Shown in pieces: positions 9,254 through 18,834 of a stretch of 64,000 nt of DNA. The notes under the pieces are model-generated. The model was not told where the DNA came from and searched no databases. It saw only the letters and a program-made list of their open reading frames with translations. The stretch comes from Chloroflexota bacterium (lineage in GTDB: Bacteria; Chloroflexota; UBA11872; VXNJ01): NCBI GenBank assembly GCA_965217845.1, contig OZ244573.1, positions 1,976,610 through 2,040,609 of the forward strand. The letters are read 5' to 3'. Made by a program: the position numbers and the translations under genes. Position 1 is the stretch's first letter. Each line of letters begins with the position of its first letter.

Positions 9254-10013
9254 CCGGGGCAGCGGACCCGATCGCATCACGCTGCTCGGGGTGCCGGTGG
9301 CCGACTGCAGCCGCGGATTGGCCCTGGCCTGGATACGCTGTTGGCTGGCCGGCGAACGCGGTCGGTCGGTTTTTACCGTCAATCCCGAGTTCGTCATGGC
9401 GGCGCGTCGCGACCGCGGCTTCGCCGCCACCCTCGCCGGCGCCGACCTGAACCTCATTGACGGCGCGGGCCTGCTGCTGGCAGCGCGCCTGCATGGCCAC
9501 GGACGGGTCCAGAGGGCGCCGGGGATTGACCTGATCCCGGACCTTTGCCGCCTGTGCGTGGAGGGCGCGCACCCGGTTTATCTGCTCGGTGGGAGATCCG
9601 GGGCGGCCGCCGCGGCCGCCGCCAACCTGTCGCGCCAGCATCCGGGGCTTAAGGTCGTGGGAACCGCCGAACCGGCCGAACCGGCCGCGCAGACCGGGGA
9701 GCTCTGCCGGCAGATCCGGGATTCCGGCGCCCATCTGTTGCTGGTCGCGTTCGGCACCCCCGCTCAGGAAAAGTGGATCGGTCGGCATCTGGAGCGGTCC
9801 GGCGCGCGCGTGGCGGTCGGCGTGGGAGGCTCGTTCGACGTGATCTCCGGTCGCGTCCGGCGCGCCCCCGAACTGCTTCGCCGGTTGGGGCTCGAGTGGC
9901 TCTACCGCCTGCTGATTGAGCCCTGGCGGTGGCGTCGGCAGCGGGTGTTGCCGGGGTTTGCGATGCTCGCTGCGGCAACCGCTCTGCGAAGGCGACTGGG
10001 TGGACGCGAATAG
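9246..10013 (+). CDS. WecB/TagA/CpsF-family glycosyltransferase (GT26; N-acetylmannosaminyltransferase-like)
   Basis: ITLLGVPVAD…FTVNPEFVMAAR…LIDGAGLLLAARL…VYLLGG is the family signature. Its ATG at 9246 overlaps the stop of the GT9 gene (ATGGCTGA). Confidence 0.8.
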   Translation: MADRGSGPDRITLLGVPVADCSRGLALAWIRCWLAGERGRSVFTVNPEFVMAARRDRGFAATLAGADLNLIDGAGLLLAARLHGHGRVQRAPGIDLIPDLCRLCVEGAHPVYLLGGRSGAAAAAAANLSRQHPGLKVVGTAEPAEPAAQTGELCRQIRDSGAHLLLVAFGTPAQEKWIGRHLERSGARVAVGVGGSFDVISGRVRRAPELLRRLGLEWLYRLLIEPWRWRRQRVLPGFAMLAAATALRRRLGGRE

Positions 10014-10066
10014 CCCAATAATTTGGGTCAAGCGGGCCCCGAAGCATAAGTGCGAGCCGAAACGCC

Positions 10067-11209
10067 ATGCAGATCAACAACATCTCGACCATCGCCACGG
10101 CCGGTGGGCATGCCAACTGGCTGTTTGTCAAGGTTGAAACCGATGCCGGGATTACCGGTTGGGGAGAGGCCAGCCTGGAGAACCGGGAAATATCGGTTCA
10201 GACCGAGGTGGCCGAGCTGGCCAAGGGTCTTGTTGGCCGCGACCCTATGCAGATCGAAAAGATCTGGTTGGATATTCACCGCGGGGCCTATTGGAGCGGC
10301 GGGGCGGTCAGCATGTCAGCGCTCGCCGGTATCGACCAGGCGCTATGGGACATTAAGGGCAAGGCCCTGGGGGTTCCCGTATACGAGCTCCTCGGCGGCA
10401 AGGTCCGCGACCGCCTGCGCACTTACGCCAACTCTTGGTTCGAGCTGGGTTCCGATCCGGCCAAGTACGCCCAAGACGCCCTCGCCATGGTCGAACTTGG
10501 CTTTGACGCAATCAAATGGGACCCTTTCACCGGGGCGGCGCAGATGCTGTCGCGTGAAGTTGAAGAGGCCGCGTTCGCCAACATCGCCACCGTCCGCGAC
10601 GCGGTCGGCCCGGACGTGGACCTGTGCATCGAAGCCCACGGGCGCTTCAATGTCATCTCCGCAGTGCGGGTCGGTCAGCGGCTGGAGGAATTCCGGCCTT
10701 TCTTCTACGAGGAACCGATCCTGCACGACAACCCCGATGCGATGGCCGAGGTGGCCCGGGCGGTGCGCGTTCCGATCGCCTGCGGCGAACGCCTGCTCAC
10801 GCGTTGGGATTTCCGCCCCCTCTTGGAGCGCAACTGCGTGCGCATCATCCAACCCGACATCTGCCATGCCGGCGGTATCAGCGAGCTAAAGAAGATCGCC
10901 ACCATGGCCGAGGCTTACTACGTCGGAGTGCAGCCTCACAATGCCGGCGGGCCGCTCTCGACCCTGGCCTCGATCCATCTGGATGCCAGCCTGCCGAACT
11001 TTGCCATCCAGGAATTTTTTGAACCCTATCGCCCTCGCTACAACCAACTCCTCACGCACCCGATCGAGGTAGAGAAAGGCCGCTTGATCGTACCCGACCG
11101 GCCGGGCCTGGGCGCCGACATCGATGAGGCGGCGGCGGCGGCCTTGCCGCCCGATCCATCGCTGGCGCTGCGGCGCGTCGTAAACACGCCGCACTTTCCG
11201 TATATGTAG
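10067..11209 (+). CDS. Enolase-superfamily enzyme, mandelate racemase/muconate lactonizing family (D-galactonate/D-mannonate dehydratase-like), paralog 1
   Basis: 380 aa with an N-terminal capping domain plus a TIM-barrel carrying the MR/MLE metal-ligand pattern (…DAIKWDPF…CIEAHGRF…FYEEP…). It is 88-100% identical to the downstream paralog. Confidence 0.85.
   Translation: MQINNISTIATAGGHANWLFVKVETDAGITGWGEASLENREISVQTEVAELAKGLVGRDPMQIEKIWLDIHRGAYWSGGAVSMSALAGIDQALWDIKGKALGVPVYELLGGKVRDRLRTYANSWFELGSDPAKYAQDALAMVELGFDAIKWDPFTGAAQMLSREVEEAAFANIATVRDAVGPDVDLCIEAHGRFNVISAVRVGQRLEEFRPFFYEEPILHDNPDAMAEVARAVRVPIACGERLLTRWDFRPLLERNCVRIIQPDICHAGGISELKKIATMAEAYYVGVQPHNAGGPLSTLASIHLDASLPNFAIQEFFEPYRPRYNQLLTHPIEVEKGRLIVPDRPGLGADIDEAAAAALPPDPSLALRRVVNTPHFPYM
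10253..10644 (+). repeat. About 390-bp segment 100% identical to 11564..11955 (the core of the two paralogous dehydratase genes)
   Basis: Direct comparison of the two gene sequences: the central part is identical while the 5' and 3' thirds are about 85-90% identical. Endpoints are good to about ±2 nt. Confidence 0.8.
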
Positions 11210-11378
11210 GGTCCAATCGGCCAGCCTGGCCAGCGAACCGTTGCGCCGCCATCGGATTCTGCCGGGATATTTGGCTCGCCCCTTAACCGCGGCCGCGCGC
11301 AAACGATGCGGTGGCCGCAAATTGGCCCAATAATTTCAGTCAAGCGGGCCCACCAACGCCGATGCGAGCCGAAACGCA

Positions 11379-12521
11379 ATGCTGGTCAGCAACATCTCCA
11401 CCATCGTCACGGCCGGCGGCCACCACAACTGGCTATTCATAAAGATCGAAACCGATGCCGGGATCACCGGCTGGGGGGAAGCCAGCACCGAAAACCGCGA
11501 AAAATCAGTCCGGGCCGAGGTGACCGAACTGGCTAAAGGCCTGGTAGGGTGTGACCCGATGCCGATCGAAAAGATCTGGTTGGATATTCACCGCGGGGCC
11601 TATTGGAGCGGCGGGGCGGTCAGCATGTCAGCGCTCGCCGGTATCGACCAGGCGCTATGGGACATTAAGGGCAAGGCCCTGGGGGTTCCCGTATACGAGC
11701 TCCTCGGCGGCAAGGTCCGCGACCGCCTGCGCACTTACGCCAACTCTTGGTTCGAGCTGGGTTCCGATCCGGCCAAGTACGCCCAAGACGCCCTCGCCAT
11801 GGTCGAACTTGGCTTTGACGCAATCAAATGGGACCCTTTCACCGGGGCGGCGCAGATGCTGTCGCGTGAAGTTGAAGAGGCCGCGTTCGCCAACATCGCC
11901 ACCGTCCGCGACGCGGTCGGCCCGGACGTGGACCTGTGCATCGAAGCCCACGGGCGTTTTAACATGGCCTCCGCAGTGCGGGTCGGTCAGCGCCTGGAGG
12001 AATTTCGGCCTTTCTTTTACGAGGAGCCGATCCTGCACGACAACCCCGATGCGATGGCCGAGGTGGCGCGGGCGGTGCGCGTCCCGATCGCCTGCGGCGA
12101 ACGCCTGCTCACGCGCTGGGAATTTCGTCCCCTACTGGAACGCAATTGCGTCCGAATAATCCAGCCCGACATCTGCCACGCCGGCGGTATCAGCGAGCTC
12201 AAGAAGATCGCCAACATGGCCGAGGCCTATTTCGTCGGGGTCCAGCCGCACAACTCCGCCGGCCCGATCGCCACCCTGGCTTCAATCCATTTCGACGCCA
12301 GCACGCCAAACTTCGCCATCCAGGAGTTCTTCCCGCCCTACCTGGCTCGCTACAACCGGCTCCTAACCCACCCAATCGAGGTGGACGCAGGCCGTCTGAT
12401 CGTGCCCGATCGGCCGGGCCTTGGCGCCGACATCAACGAAGCCGCGGCCGCGGCCCTGCCGCCCGACCCGTCTCTGGCCCTGGAGCGCTTCGTAAGGGTG
12501 CCGTTCTTCCCTTACTTGTAA
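11379..12521 (+). CDS. Enolase-superfamily enzyme (MR/MLE family dehydratase-like), paralog 2
   Basis: 380 aa, a tandem paralog of 10067..11209, with the same upstream leader motif. Confidence 0.85.
   Translation: MLVSNISTIVTAGGHHNWLFIKIETDAGITGWGEASTENREKSVRAEVTELAKGLVGCDPMPIEKIWLDIHRGAYWSGGAVSMSALAGIDQALWDIKGKALGVPVYELLGGKVRDRLRTYANSWFELGSDPAKYAQDALAMVELGFDAIKWDPFTGAAQMLSREVEEAAFANIATVRDAVGPDVDLCIEAHGRFNMASAVRVGQRLEEFRPFFYEEPILHDNPDAMAEVARAVRVPIACGERLLTRWEFRPLLERNCVRIIQPDICHAGGISELKKIANMAEAYFVGVQPHNSAGPIATLASIHFDASTPNFAIQEFFPPYLARYNRLLTHPIEVDAGRLIVPDRPGLGADINEAAAAALPPDPSLALERFVRVPFFPYL
11564..11955 (+). repeat. Second copy of the identical core segment
   Basis: See 10253..10644. Confidence 0.8.
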
Positions 12522-12526
12522 TAGGC

Positions 12527-12566
12527 AACCGGCGCCGGCCCGCAGCTGCGGGCCGGCGCCGGTTGC
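12527..12566. terminator. Perfect 40-nt palindrome (20-nt arms) between convergent genes; probable bidirectional terminator hairpin
   Basis: CAACCGGCGCCGGCCCGCAG|CTGCGGGCCGGCGCCGGTTG lies between the stop of paralog 2 (12521) and the stop of the minus-strand permease (12585). Confidence 0.6.
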
Positions 12567-12584
12567 TCGGCTTAGCCGAACTGT

Positions 12585-13886
12585 TTATGCAATGAAGATG
12601 TAGCGGGCGATGAAAACAACGGCCAGTACGTGCACCAGCCAGGAAACTTCCAGGCCCTTGCCGCGCAGGATCTTTAGAACCGAGTAGCTGACCAGCCCCA
12701 TCGCCAGACCGTCGGCAATCGAGAAGGTAAGCGGCATGCCGGCCATGGTGACCAGCGCTGGGACCGCGGTGTCCAGATCGTCCCAGTTGATCTCGCGCAC
12801 GAGCCCGACCGTGGTGGCGGCGATGATTACCAGCGCCGCGGCAACCGCCGATTCGGGCACGATCGCCACCAGCGCCGCCAACGGCAGCGCCAAAAGAAAA
12901 AGGACTCCCACCACGATCGCGGTGAGACCGGTCCGTCCACCGGCCGAAATCCCGGCCGCGCTCTCGATGTAGGTCGTCACCGTCGAAGTGCCGGCCAAGG
13001 CGCCGGCAATCGTGGAGGCCCCGTCGACCGCCAGGATCCGACCCAGGCGCGGCACGTTGCCGGTCTCGTCCTCCAGCTTGGCGCGGCGTATCAGCCCGAT
13101 AACCGTGCCCAGGGAGTCGAAGAAGTCGACAAAGAGCATGGCGAAGATGATGTCCAGGAATCCAATCTGGATTGCCCCGCCGATATCAAGCGCCAATAAC
13201 CCGTCGGTCCAACTTCCGTCCGAAGCCGGCTCGGCATTGAGCCCCAGTGGGATCGATACCACCGTGGCAACCAGGATCCCGACCAGGATCCCAGCCCGAA
13301 AACCGCGCGCCAGCAGCGCCGCGATAACCACTACGGTGGCGATCGTCAACAGCGCCTTGGGGTCGCCCCAGTCGCCGCGGGTGATGATGGTGCCGGCCGA
13401 TTCCATGACGATCCCGCCGTTGCGCAGACCGATCATGAGCAGGAAAAGGCCGATACCGGCCCCGATTGCCGGCAGCAGCTCGCGCGGCATCATCCGCACC
13501 AAGGCTTGACGGATGCCGGCGATGGTCAGTACCACGAAGACGCAACCGGAGATGAACACCACCCCGAGCGCCTCCTGCCATGTCAGGCCCATGCTGCCAA
13601 CGACCGTGAATGCGAAGAACGCGTTCAGGCCCATCCCGGGGGCCAGGGCAAGCGGCATCCGCGCGATGAGCCCCATGGCGATGGTTCCGAGGCCGGCCAC
13701 TAGGCAGGTGGCAAAAGCCGCCGCCACAGGGGGGATGCCGGCGGCGGAGAGGATTGCCGGGTTCACGGCGATGATGTAACTCATCGCCAGGAAAGTCGTG
13801 ATCCCAGCCACGACTTCGACCCGAACCGAGGATCCCATCCTGGCAATACCGAAAAAGCGGTCAAGTTTTTGTGCAACCGCGTTCAT
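12585..13886 (-). CDS. NCS2-family nucleobase permease (AzgA-like guanine/hypoxanthine/adenine permease)
   Basis: About 13 TM helices with xanthine/uracil permease-family motifs. Trimmed to the internal Met (MNAVAQKLDRFFGI…); the ORF track's GTG at 14009 would add a 41-aa Arg-rich extension. Confidence 0.8.
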   Translation of the reverse strand: MNAVAQKLDRFFGIARMGSSVRVEVVAGITTFLAMSYIIAVNPAILSAAGIPPVAAAFATCLVAGLGTIAMGLIARMPLALAPGMGLNAFFAFTVVGSMGLTWQEALGVVFISGCVFVVLTIAGIRQALVRMMPRELLPAIGAGIGLFLLMIGLRNGGIVMESAGTIITRGDWGDPKALLTIATVVVIAALLARGFRAGILVGILVATVVSIPLGLNAEPASDGSWTDGLLALDIGGAIQIGFLDIIFAMLFVDFFDSLGTVIGLIRRAKLEDETGNVPRLGRILAVDGASTIAGALAGTSTVTTYIESAAGISAGGRTGLTAIVVGVLFLLALPLAALVAIVPESAVAAALVIIAATTVGLVREINWDDLDTAVPALVTMAGMPLTFSIADGLAMGLVSYSVLKILRGKGLEVSWLVHVLAVVFIARYIFIA

Positions 13887-14008
13887 GCACACCCCCCAAA
13901 CGTCGCAAGCCCGAAGGCTTGTCACTGAGTCCTGACGGACTCGCGCCACCACCGCCATTCTATGTTTTGGCGGCCGGCGCCTGACCGCGTCGGAACGCGG
14001 CCTATGCA

Positions 14009-15199
14009 CTAGCGAGCGGCGGCGGCCGGTTTGGCCCAGGGATTGCGCTGCAGCATCGGCCCAGGGACGGCCAGCGTGCAGACAAACCCCAGGATCGGCA
14101 TGAATCCGATAACTGCCAGGGCAAGTTGCAAGCCGATCTGGTCGGCCAATACCCCGGTAACTGCCTGCCCCACCGCCTGGACCGAGAAGATGAATCCGAG
14201 CGCCATACCGGAGGCCGCACCCATGCGCGTGGCCAATGCCTGCTGGACCATTACGACACTGGGAGTCTGCGGCGTCTGGACCGTGAATCCGACCACGTAG
14301 GCGGCCACGAACGAGAGCGGCGAACCGATGTCGACAACCATCAGCAGGAATATCGGCGTCCCCAGCAGCAGCGGCATCGCCATAACGACCTTGGCGCCCA
14401 GGCGGTCGGAGAGCCAGCCGCCAGCGAAAACGCCGGTGGCGGCGCCGGCCGAAAAAACCGAGAGCGCCAGGCCCGCGACCGTAAGCGATGCCCCGCTTTC
14501 CAGGAAAGCAAACGGGATAAACACCGGCGCGGCGCCAAACGTTAAGCCGCGAAAGACCGACATTGCGGCCAGTGGCGCCAGCATCCGGTAGAGCACCCCG
14601 CCCCGCGGCGCAACGGTGTCGCCGCTCGGTTCGGGTGGACGTTGCACGCGCTTGCCGCGGGTGAGCGAAAAGTACCAGATCGTAGTCAGGGTCGAAAACG
14701 CGATCAGATAAAGCGGGAAGGCCAAGCCCAGTTCGACCGACTCCACAAAGAACCCGGTAACTAGCGGCGAGACTGCAAAGCCCAGGTTGCCGGCCAAAAA
14801 GAACATTCCGACCGCCGAACCCTTACCGGTTCTGGACGAACGGTTGGCCGCCTCCAGGCCGAGCGCATGAAATGCCCCCGAGGCCAGGGCCGAAACCAGC
14901 AATAGCGCAAGCAGCAGCCAGTAGGTCGAGGCCTGGGCGGCCAGACCTATGAACAGGCCCTGAACGAAGATTCCGGTGGTGACCAGCTTGCGTCCACCGA
15001 TGCGGTCCCCGAGCAGCCCGAAAAGTGGTTGTGACAGGCCGTTGGCGGCAATGTGCAGTCCGGCCGCTATCCCCACCTGGGTGAAGCTGAGATCGAGCTT
15101 GGTGGCCAACAACGGGAACAGGATATTGACCGCAAAGGTGATGAAGTCGATCCCAAAGTGGGCCGGCAGGATCGCTAGCAGGGCGCGGTTAATCCGCAA
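14009..15199 (-). CDS. MFS transporter
   Basis: 396 aa with 12 predicted TM helices and the typical MFS loop 2-3 (GLLGDRIGGRK). Confidence 0.8.
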   Translation of the reverse strand: MRINRALLAILPAHFGIDFITFAVNILFPLLATKLDLSFTQVGIAAGLHIAANGLSQPLFGLLGDRIGGRKLVTTGIFVQGLFIGLAAQASTYWLLLALLLVSALASGAFHALGLEAANRSSRTGKGSAVGMFFLAGNLGFAVSPLVTGFFVESVELGLAFPLYLIAFSTLTTIWYFSLTRGKRVQRPPEPSGDTVAPRGGVLYRMLAPLAAMSVFRGLTFGAAPVFIPFAFLESGASLTVAGLALSVFSAGAATGVFAGGWLSDRLGAKVVMAMPLLLGTPIFLLMVVDIGSPLSFVAAYVVGFTVQTPQTPSVVMVQQALATRMGAASGMALGFIFSVQAVGQAVTGVLADQIGLQLALAVIGFMPILGFVCTLAVPGPMLQRNPWAKPAAAAR

Positions 15200-15419
15200 T
15201 TGAACCCTTCCAAACCGCGGGCGAGCGGCCGCAGAAACCCCGCCGGGACCGGATCGGCCGCACCATATCGATTATGAAGGTTGGACAGGATCGTCCTATC
15301 TGCCCATAAAATTTTTCGCGTTCACTAATCGCCGGCGCCAGCCTATGGCTGCGGCCCTCAATCCGCCCGGCATCGCCGGCCCCGATCGCTGCCAATCTGC
15401 CTCTATCCGGAGTTCCTGC

Positions 15420-18071
15420 ATGTCGCAATCGATCAAATGGGTCTACCTGTTCAACGAAGGCGACCAGTCCCTGCGCAACCTCTTGGGGGGCAAAGGGGCG
15501 GGCGTTGCCGAAATGACCCGGTCCGGAATGCCGGTTCCGCCGGGGTTTACGATCACCACCGACGCCTGTCGCACCTACTTCGACGCCGACGGACAGTTTC
15601 CGGAAGGTCTCGAACAACAAATCGGCGCCGCCCTCGAGGCGGTCGAGCGCGAGACCGGTAAACGGTTCGGGGATCCCCAGAACCCGCTTTTGGTTTCGGT
15701 CCGTTCGGGGGCCCGGGTCTCGATGCCGGGAATGATGGATACGGTCCTGAACCTAGGGCTCTCGCAGGCCACCTTAAAGGGCCTTCAGGAGCTCAGCGGC
15801 CAATCGCGATTTGCCTATGATTCCTACCGCCGCTTCGTGCAGGGCTACGGCTCGATCGTGCTGGGATTGGAAAGTCGCCGTTTCGAGCACATCATCCAGA
15901 CCCACAAGGACCGTCTCGGCAAACCCGAGGACTCCGAGCTCAGCAGCAGAGATTGGAACGCGGTCGCGACCGACTTCAAAAATCTGATCCAAGCGGAGAC
16001 CGGCAGCGCCTTCCCCGAGGACCCCAAGGACCAGCTCTACGGGGCGATCCGGGCGGTGTTCGACTCCTGGCACGGGCGCCGCGCGATCGACTACCGCAAT
16101 TTCCACGGGCTGCCACATAACTGGGGAACCGCCGTCAACGTGCAAACGATGGTTTTCGGCAACATGGGCGAAAACTCGGGCACCGGCGTCGCCTTCACCC
16201 GCAACTCGGTCACCGGCGATCGTGAGCTGTTCGGGGAATACCTGCTCAACGCCCAGGGCGAGGACGTGGTCGCCGGCGTCCGCACGCCGGCTCAGATCGC
16301 AACTCTGGCCGACCAGCTGCCGGATGTGTATGCCCAATTCCAGGCCCATGCCGAACGTCTCGAAATGCACTACGGCGACATGCAGGACCTGGAATTTACG
16401 ATCGAGGAGGGTCGGCTCTGGATGCTGCAAACCCGGTCGGGCAAGCGCAGTCCCCGGGCCGCTGTCAAGATCGCGGTCGACATGGCCGACGAAGGCATCA
16501 TCGACCGCGCCACTGCGCTGGCCAGGGTGGAACCGGCCCAGGTTGATGCCCACCTGCACCCCCAGGTCGACCCGACGATGACCATTGAGCCGGTCGCGGT
16601 CGGCCTGAACGCATCGCCGGGCGCGGCGGTCGGCAAGGTCGTGTTCGATGCCGATGAGGCCGCCGAACGCGGCCGCGCCGGTGAAAGCGTAATCCTGGTG
16701 CGACCGGAGACCTCGCCCGATGATTTCCATGGCATGGCGGTCGCCAAGGCGATCCTGACTGCGCGCGGCGGGGCAACCTCGCACGCCGCGATCGTGGCGC
16801 GGGCGCTGGGTCTGCCGGCGGTAGTGGGTTGCGAACAGCTGCGGATCGATCTGGACGCGGGTACGCTGCGGATCGATAAGACCCTGATCAATGCCGATGA
16901 CACACTCACCGTCGACGGATCAACCGGAAACGTGATCCTGGGCGAAGCGCCACTGATCCCGGGCAAGATCACGCCCGAGCTTGAAACGCTGCTGGGGTGG
17001 GCGGACGAACAGCGCCGCCTCCAGGTCTGGACCAACGCCGACACGCCACAGGAAGCGACCCAGGCGCGCGAATTCGGGGCCCAGGGCATCGGGCTGTGCC
17101 GAACCGAACATATGTTCCGCGAGGAAGATCGGCTTCCCATCTTCCAGGACATGATCCTGGCCGAGACCGAAATAGACCGCCGCGCCGCATTGGACCGGTT
17201 ACTGCCAATCCAGCGTGCCGATTTTTATGGAATCCTCAAGGCGATGGCCTCGCTGCCGGTGGTGATCCGATTGCTGGACCCGCCGCTGCACGAATTCCTC
17301 TCCGGCGTCGAAGAAGAGTTGGCGGATCTGCGCGAGCAGGGCGTTGGGGGCGCGGGGCTGGCGGCGGCCGAGCGCAAGGTCCGGCGAGTGCACGATCTGC
17401 ACGAGGAAAACCCGATGCTGGGGCTACGCGGATGCCGCCTGGGGATCGTTTACCCCGAGATCTACGAGATGCAGGTGCGGGCAATCATTGAAGCCTCGCT
17501 CCAGCTTGAGGTCGAGGGCGTGGACGCCCATCCCGAGATCATGATCCCGCTTATCGGGCATATCAACGAATTGCGCACGGTCGAGGCCAATCTGCGCCGG
17601 ACCGCCGAGGCGGTGGCGGGTGAACGCGGGCGATCTGCTTCGTACAAGTTCGGCACCATGATGGAGGTGCCGCGGGCCTGCCTGACCGCCGGCGAGATCG
17701 CCGAAGTGGCCGAATTCTTCAGTTACGGCACCAACGACCTGACCCAGACCACCTATGGCATCAGCCGCGACGACGCCGAGGGCAAGTTCCTGCTGCAATA
17801 CGTCGAGGACGGGATCCTGCCGCGCAACCCCTTCCAGGTACTGGACCCGATCGGGGTAGGCGAGCTCATGCGCCTGGGAAGCCAGGCTGGACGCGCCGCC
17901 CGCCCGGATATTGAAATCGGCATCTGCGGCGAACATGGCGGCGACCCGGAATCGATCGCGTTCTGTGAGGAAATCGGGCTCGATTATGTCAGCTGTTCAC
18001 CGTACCGGGTTCCGGTGGCCAGGCTGGCCGCCGCGCAAGCGGTGGGAGTCGCCTTAACCCGCGACGTGTAG
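15420..18071 (+). CDS. ppdK: Pyruvate, phosphate dikinase
   Basis: The full-length PPDK signature (catalytic His-bearing phosphohistidine domain and C-terminal PEP-utilizing domain). Start set at MSQSIKWVYLFNEG rather than the ORF track's 15345. Confidence 0.9.
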   Translation: MSQSIKWVYLFNEGDQSLRNLLGGKGAGVAEMTRSGMPVPPGFTITTDACRTYFDADGQFPEGLEQQIGAALEAVERETGKRFGDPQNPLLVSVRSGARVSMPGMMDTVLNLGLSQATLKGLQELSGQSRFAYDSYRRFVQGYGSIVLGLESRRFEHIIQTHKDRLGKPEDSELSSRDWNAVATDFKNLIQAETGSAFPEDPKDQLYGAIRAVFDSWHGRRAIDYRNFHGLPHNWGTAVNVQTMVFGNMGENSGTGVAFTRNSVTGDRELFGEYLLNAQGEDVVAGVRTPAQIATLADQLPDVYAQFQAHAERLEMHYGDMQDLEFTIEEGRLWMLQTRSGKRSPRAAVKIAVDMADEGIIDRATALARVEPAQVDAHLHPQVDPTMTIEPVAVGLNASPGAAVGKVVFDADEAAERGRAGESVILVRPETSPDDFHGMAVAKAILTARGGATSHAAIVARALGLPAVVGCEQLRIDLDAGTLRIDKTLINADDTLTVDGSTGNVILGEAPLIPGKITPELETLLGWADEQRRLQVWTNADTPQEATQAREFGAQGIGLCRTEHMFREEDRLPIFQDMILAETEIDRRAALDRLLPIQRADFYGILKAMASLPVVIRLLDPPLHEFLSGVEEELADLREQGVGGAGLAAAERKVRRVHDLHEENPMLGLRGCRLGIVYPEIYEMQVRAIIEASLQLEVEGVDAHPEIMIPLIGHINELRTVEANLRRTAEAVAGERGRSASYKFGTMMEVPRACLTAGEIAEVAEFFSYGTNDLTQTTYGISRDDAEGKFLLQYVEDGILPRNPFQVLDPIGVGELMRLGSQAGRAARPDIEIGICGEHGGDPESIAFCEEIGLDYVSCSPYRVPVARLAAAQAVGVALTRDV

Positions 18072-18827
18072 CCCTGGCGCGGCTCCGGCGCTTTCGCCGG
18101 GCAAATCGGCCTGGAGCGATAGGATCGCCCCCTTAGTGCCAACGTGGTCGGGTGCATCGGGTTCGAACCGGCGAACCCTCCGGTAACCCAATCCCGTGTA
18201 CAGGCAGCGTGCGGCGGAGTTTCCCTCCAGCACATTGACCGTCATCGAGGCGGCCCCGTCAGCGAGCGCCGCCGCATGGGCGCGGCCGAGCAGGTCCCGG
18301 GCCATCCCGCGGCGGCGTTGCGCCGGCGCCACCGCCAGGGCGATGACGAAGTGGTCGCCCGGCCCGGCGCCGGAAACCATCGGCGGCTCGCCGCGCCGCC
18401 GCCAGGAGCGCGGCACCAGCAGCCGCGGGCCGAGACCGGTGGGGAGGAGTCCGCGCCGCAGCAGCGCCAGGGAATTGAGCGGACCCAGGCTTCTAAGCAG
18501 CGGGGCAACAGTTGCCAGATTGCGGCGCCGCAGCTCGCTGAGCACGCAGCAGGTCACTATCCCCAGAACCTGATCGTCCTCTGCGGCGACCAGGCAGGCC
18601 TCGTGCGAGAAAAGCGTGCCGCGGGCCAGGTACATACGCTCCAACGCGGCCAACGCCCGGCCCGGATCGCCCATGCCCAGGGCCGCCGCCGCCATCGGTC
18701 CGGACGACTCAAACAGCAACTGTGCCGCCCGGCCAACATCGTCGCATCGGCCGCGGCGGATGCAGTACCGCCCGGAGGCCGCGGTCGGAGGCGCGCGCCC
18801 CGCACGCGATTCCGGCAAACTCGGCAT
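18054..18827 (-). CDS. GNAT-family N-acetyltransferase
   Basis: C-terminal acetyl-CoA binding motif (…VIALAVAPAQRRRGMARDLLGRA…); the N-terminal extent is uncertain. Its 3' end overlaps the ppdK 3' end by about 18 nt (convergent). Confidence 0.55.
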   Translation of the reverse strand: MPSLPESRAGRAPPTAASGRYCIRRGRCDDVGRAAQLLFESSGPMAAAALGMGDPGRALAALERMYLARGTLFSHEACLVAAEDDQVLGIVTCCVLSELRRRNLATVAPLLRSLGPLNSLALLRRGLLPTGLGPRLLVPRSWRRRGEPPMVSGAGPGDHFVIALAVAPAQRRRGMARDLLGRAHAAALADGAASMTVNVLEGNSAARCLYTGLGYRRVRRFEPDAPDHVGTKGAILSLQADLPGESAGAAPGLHVAG

Positions 18828-18834
18828 GGCGCCT

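Noticed and set aside
10050-10889. 279-aa ORF in an alternative frame over dehydratase paralog 1 (and 11551..12159 over paralog 2)
   Set aside because: It fully overlaps a strongly supported gene and is Ser/Pro/Arg-rich with no family resemblance.
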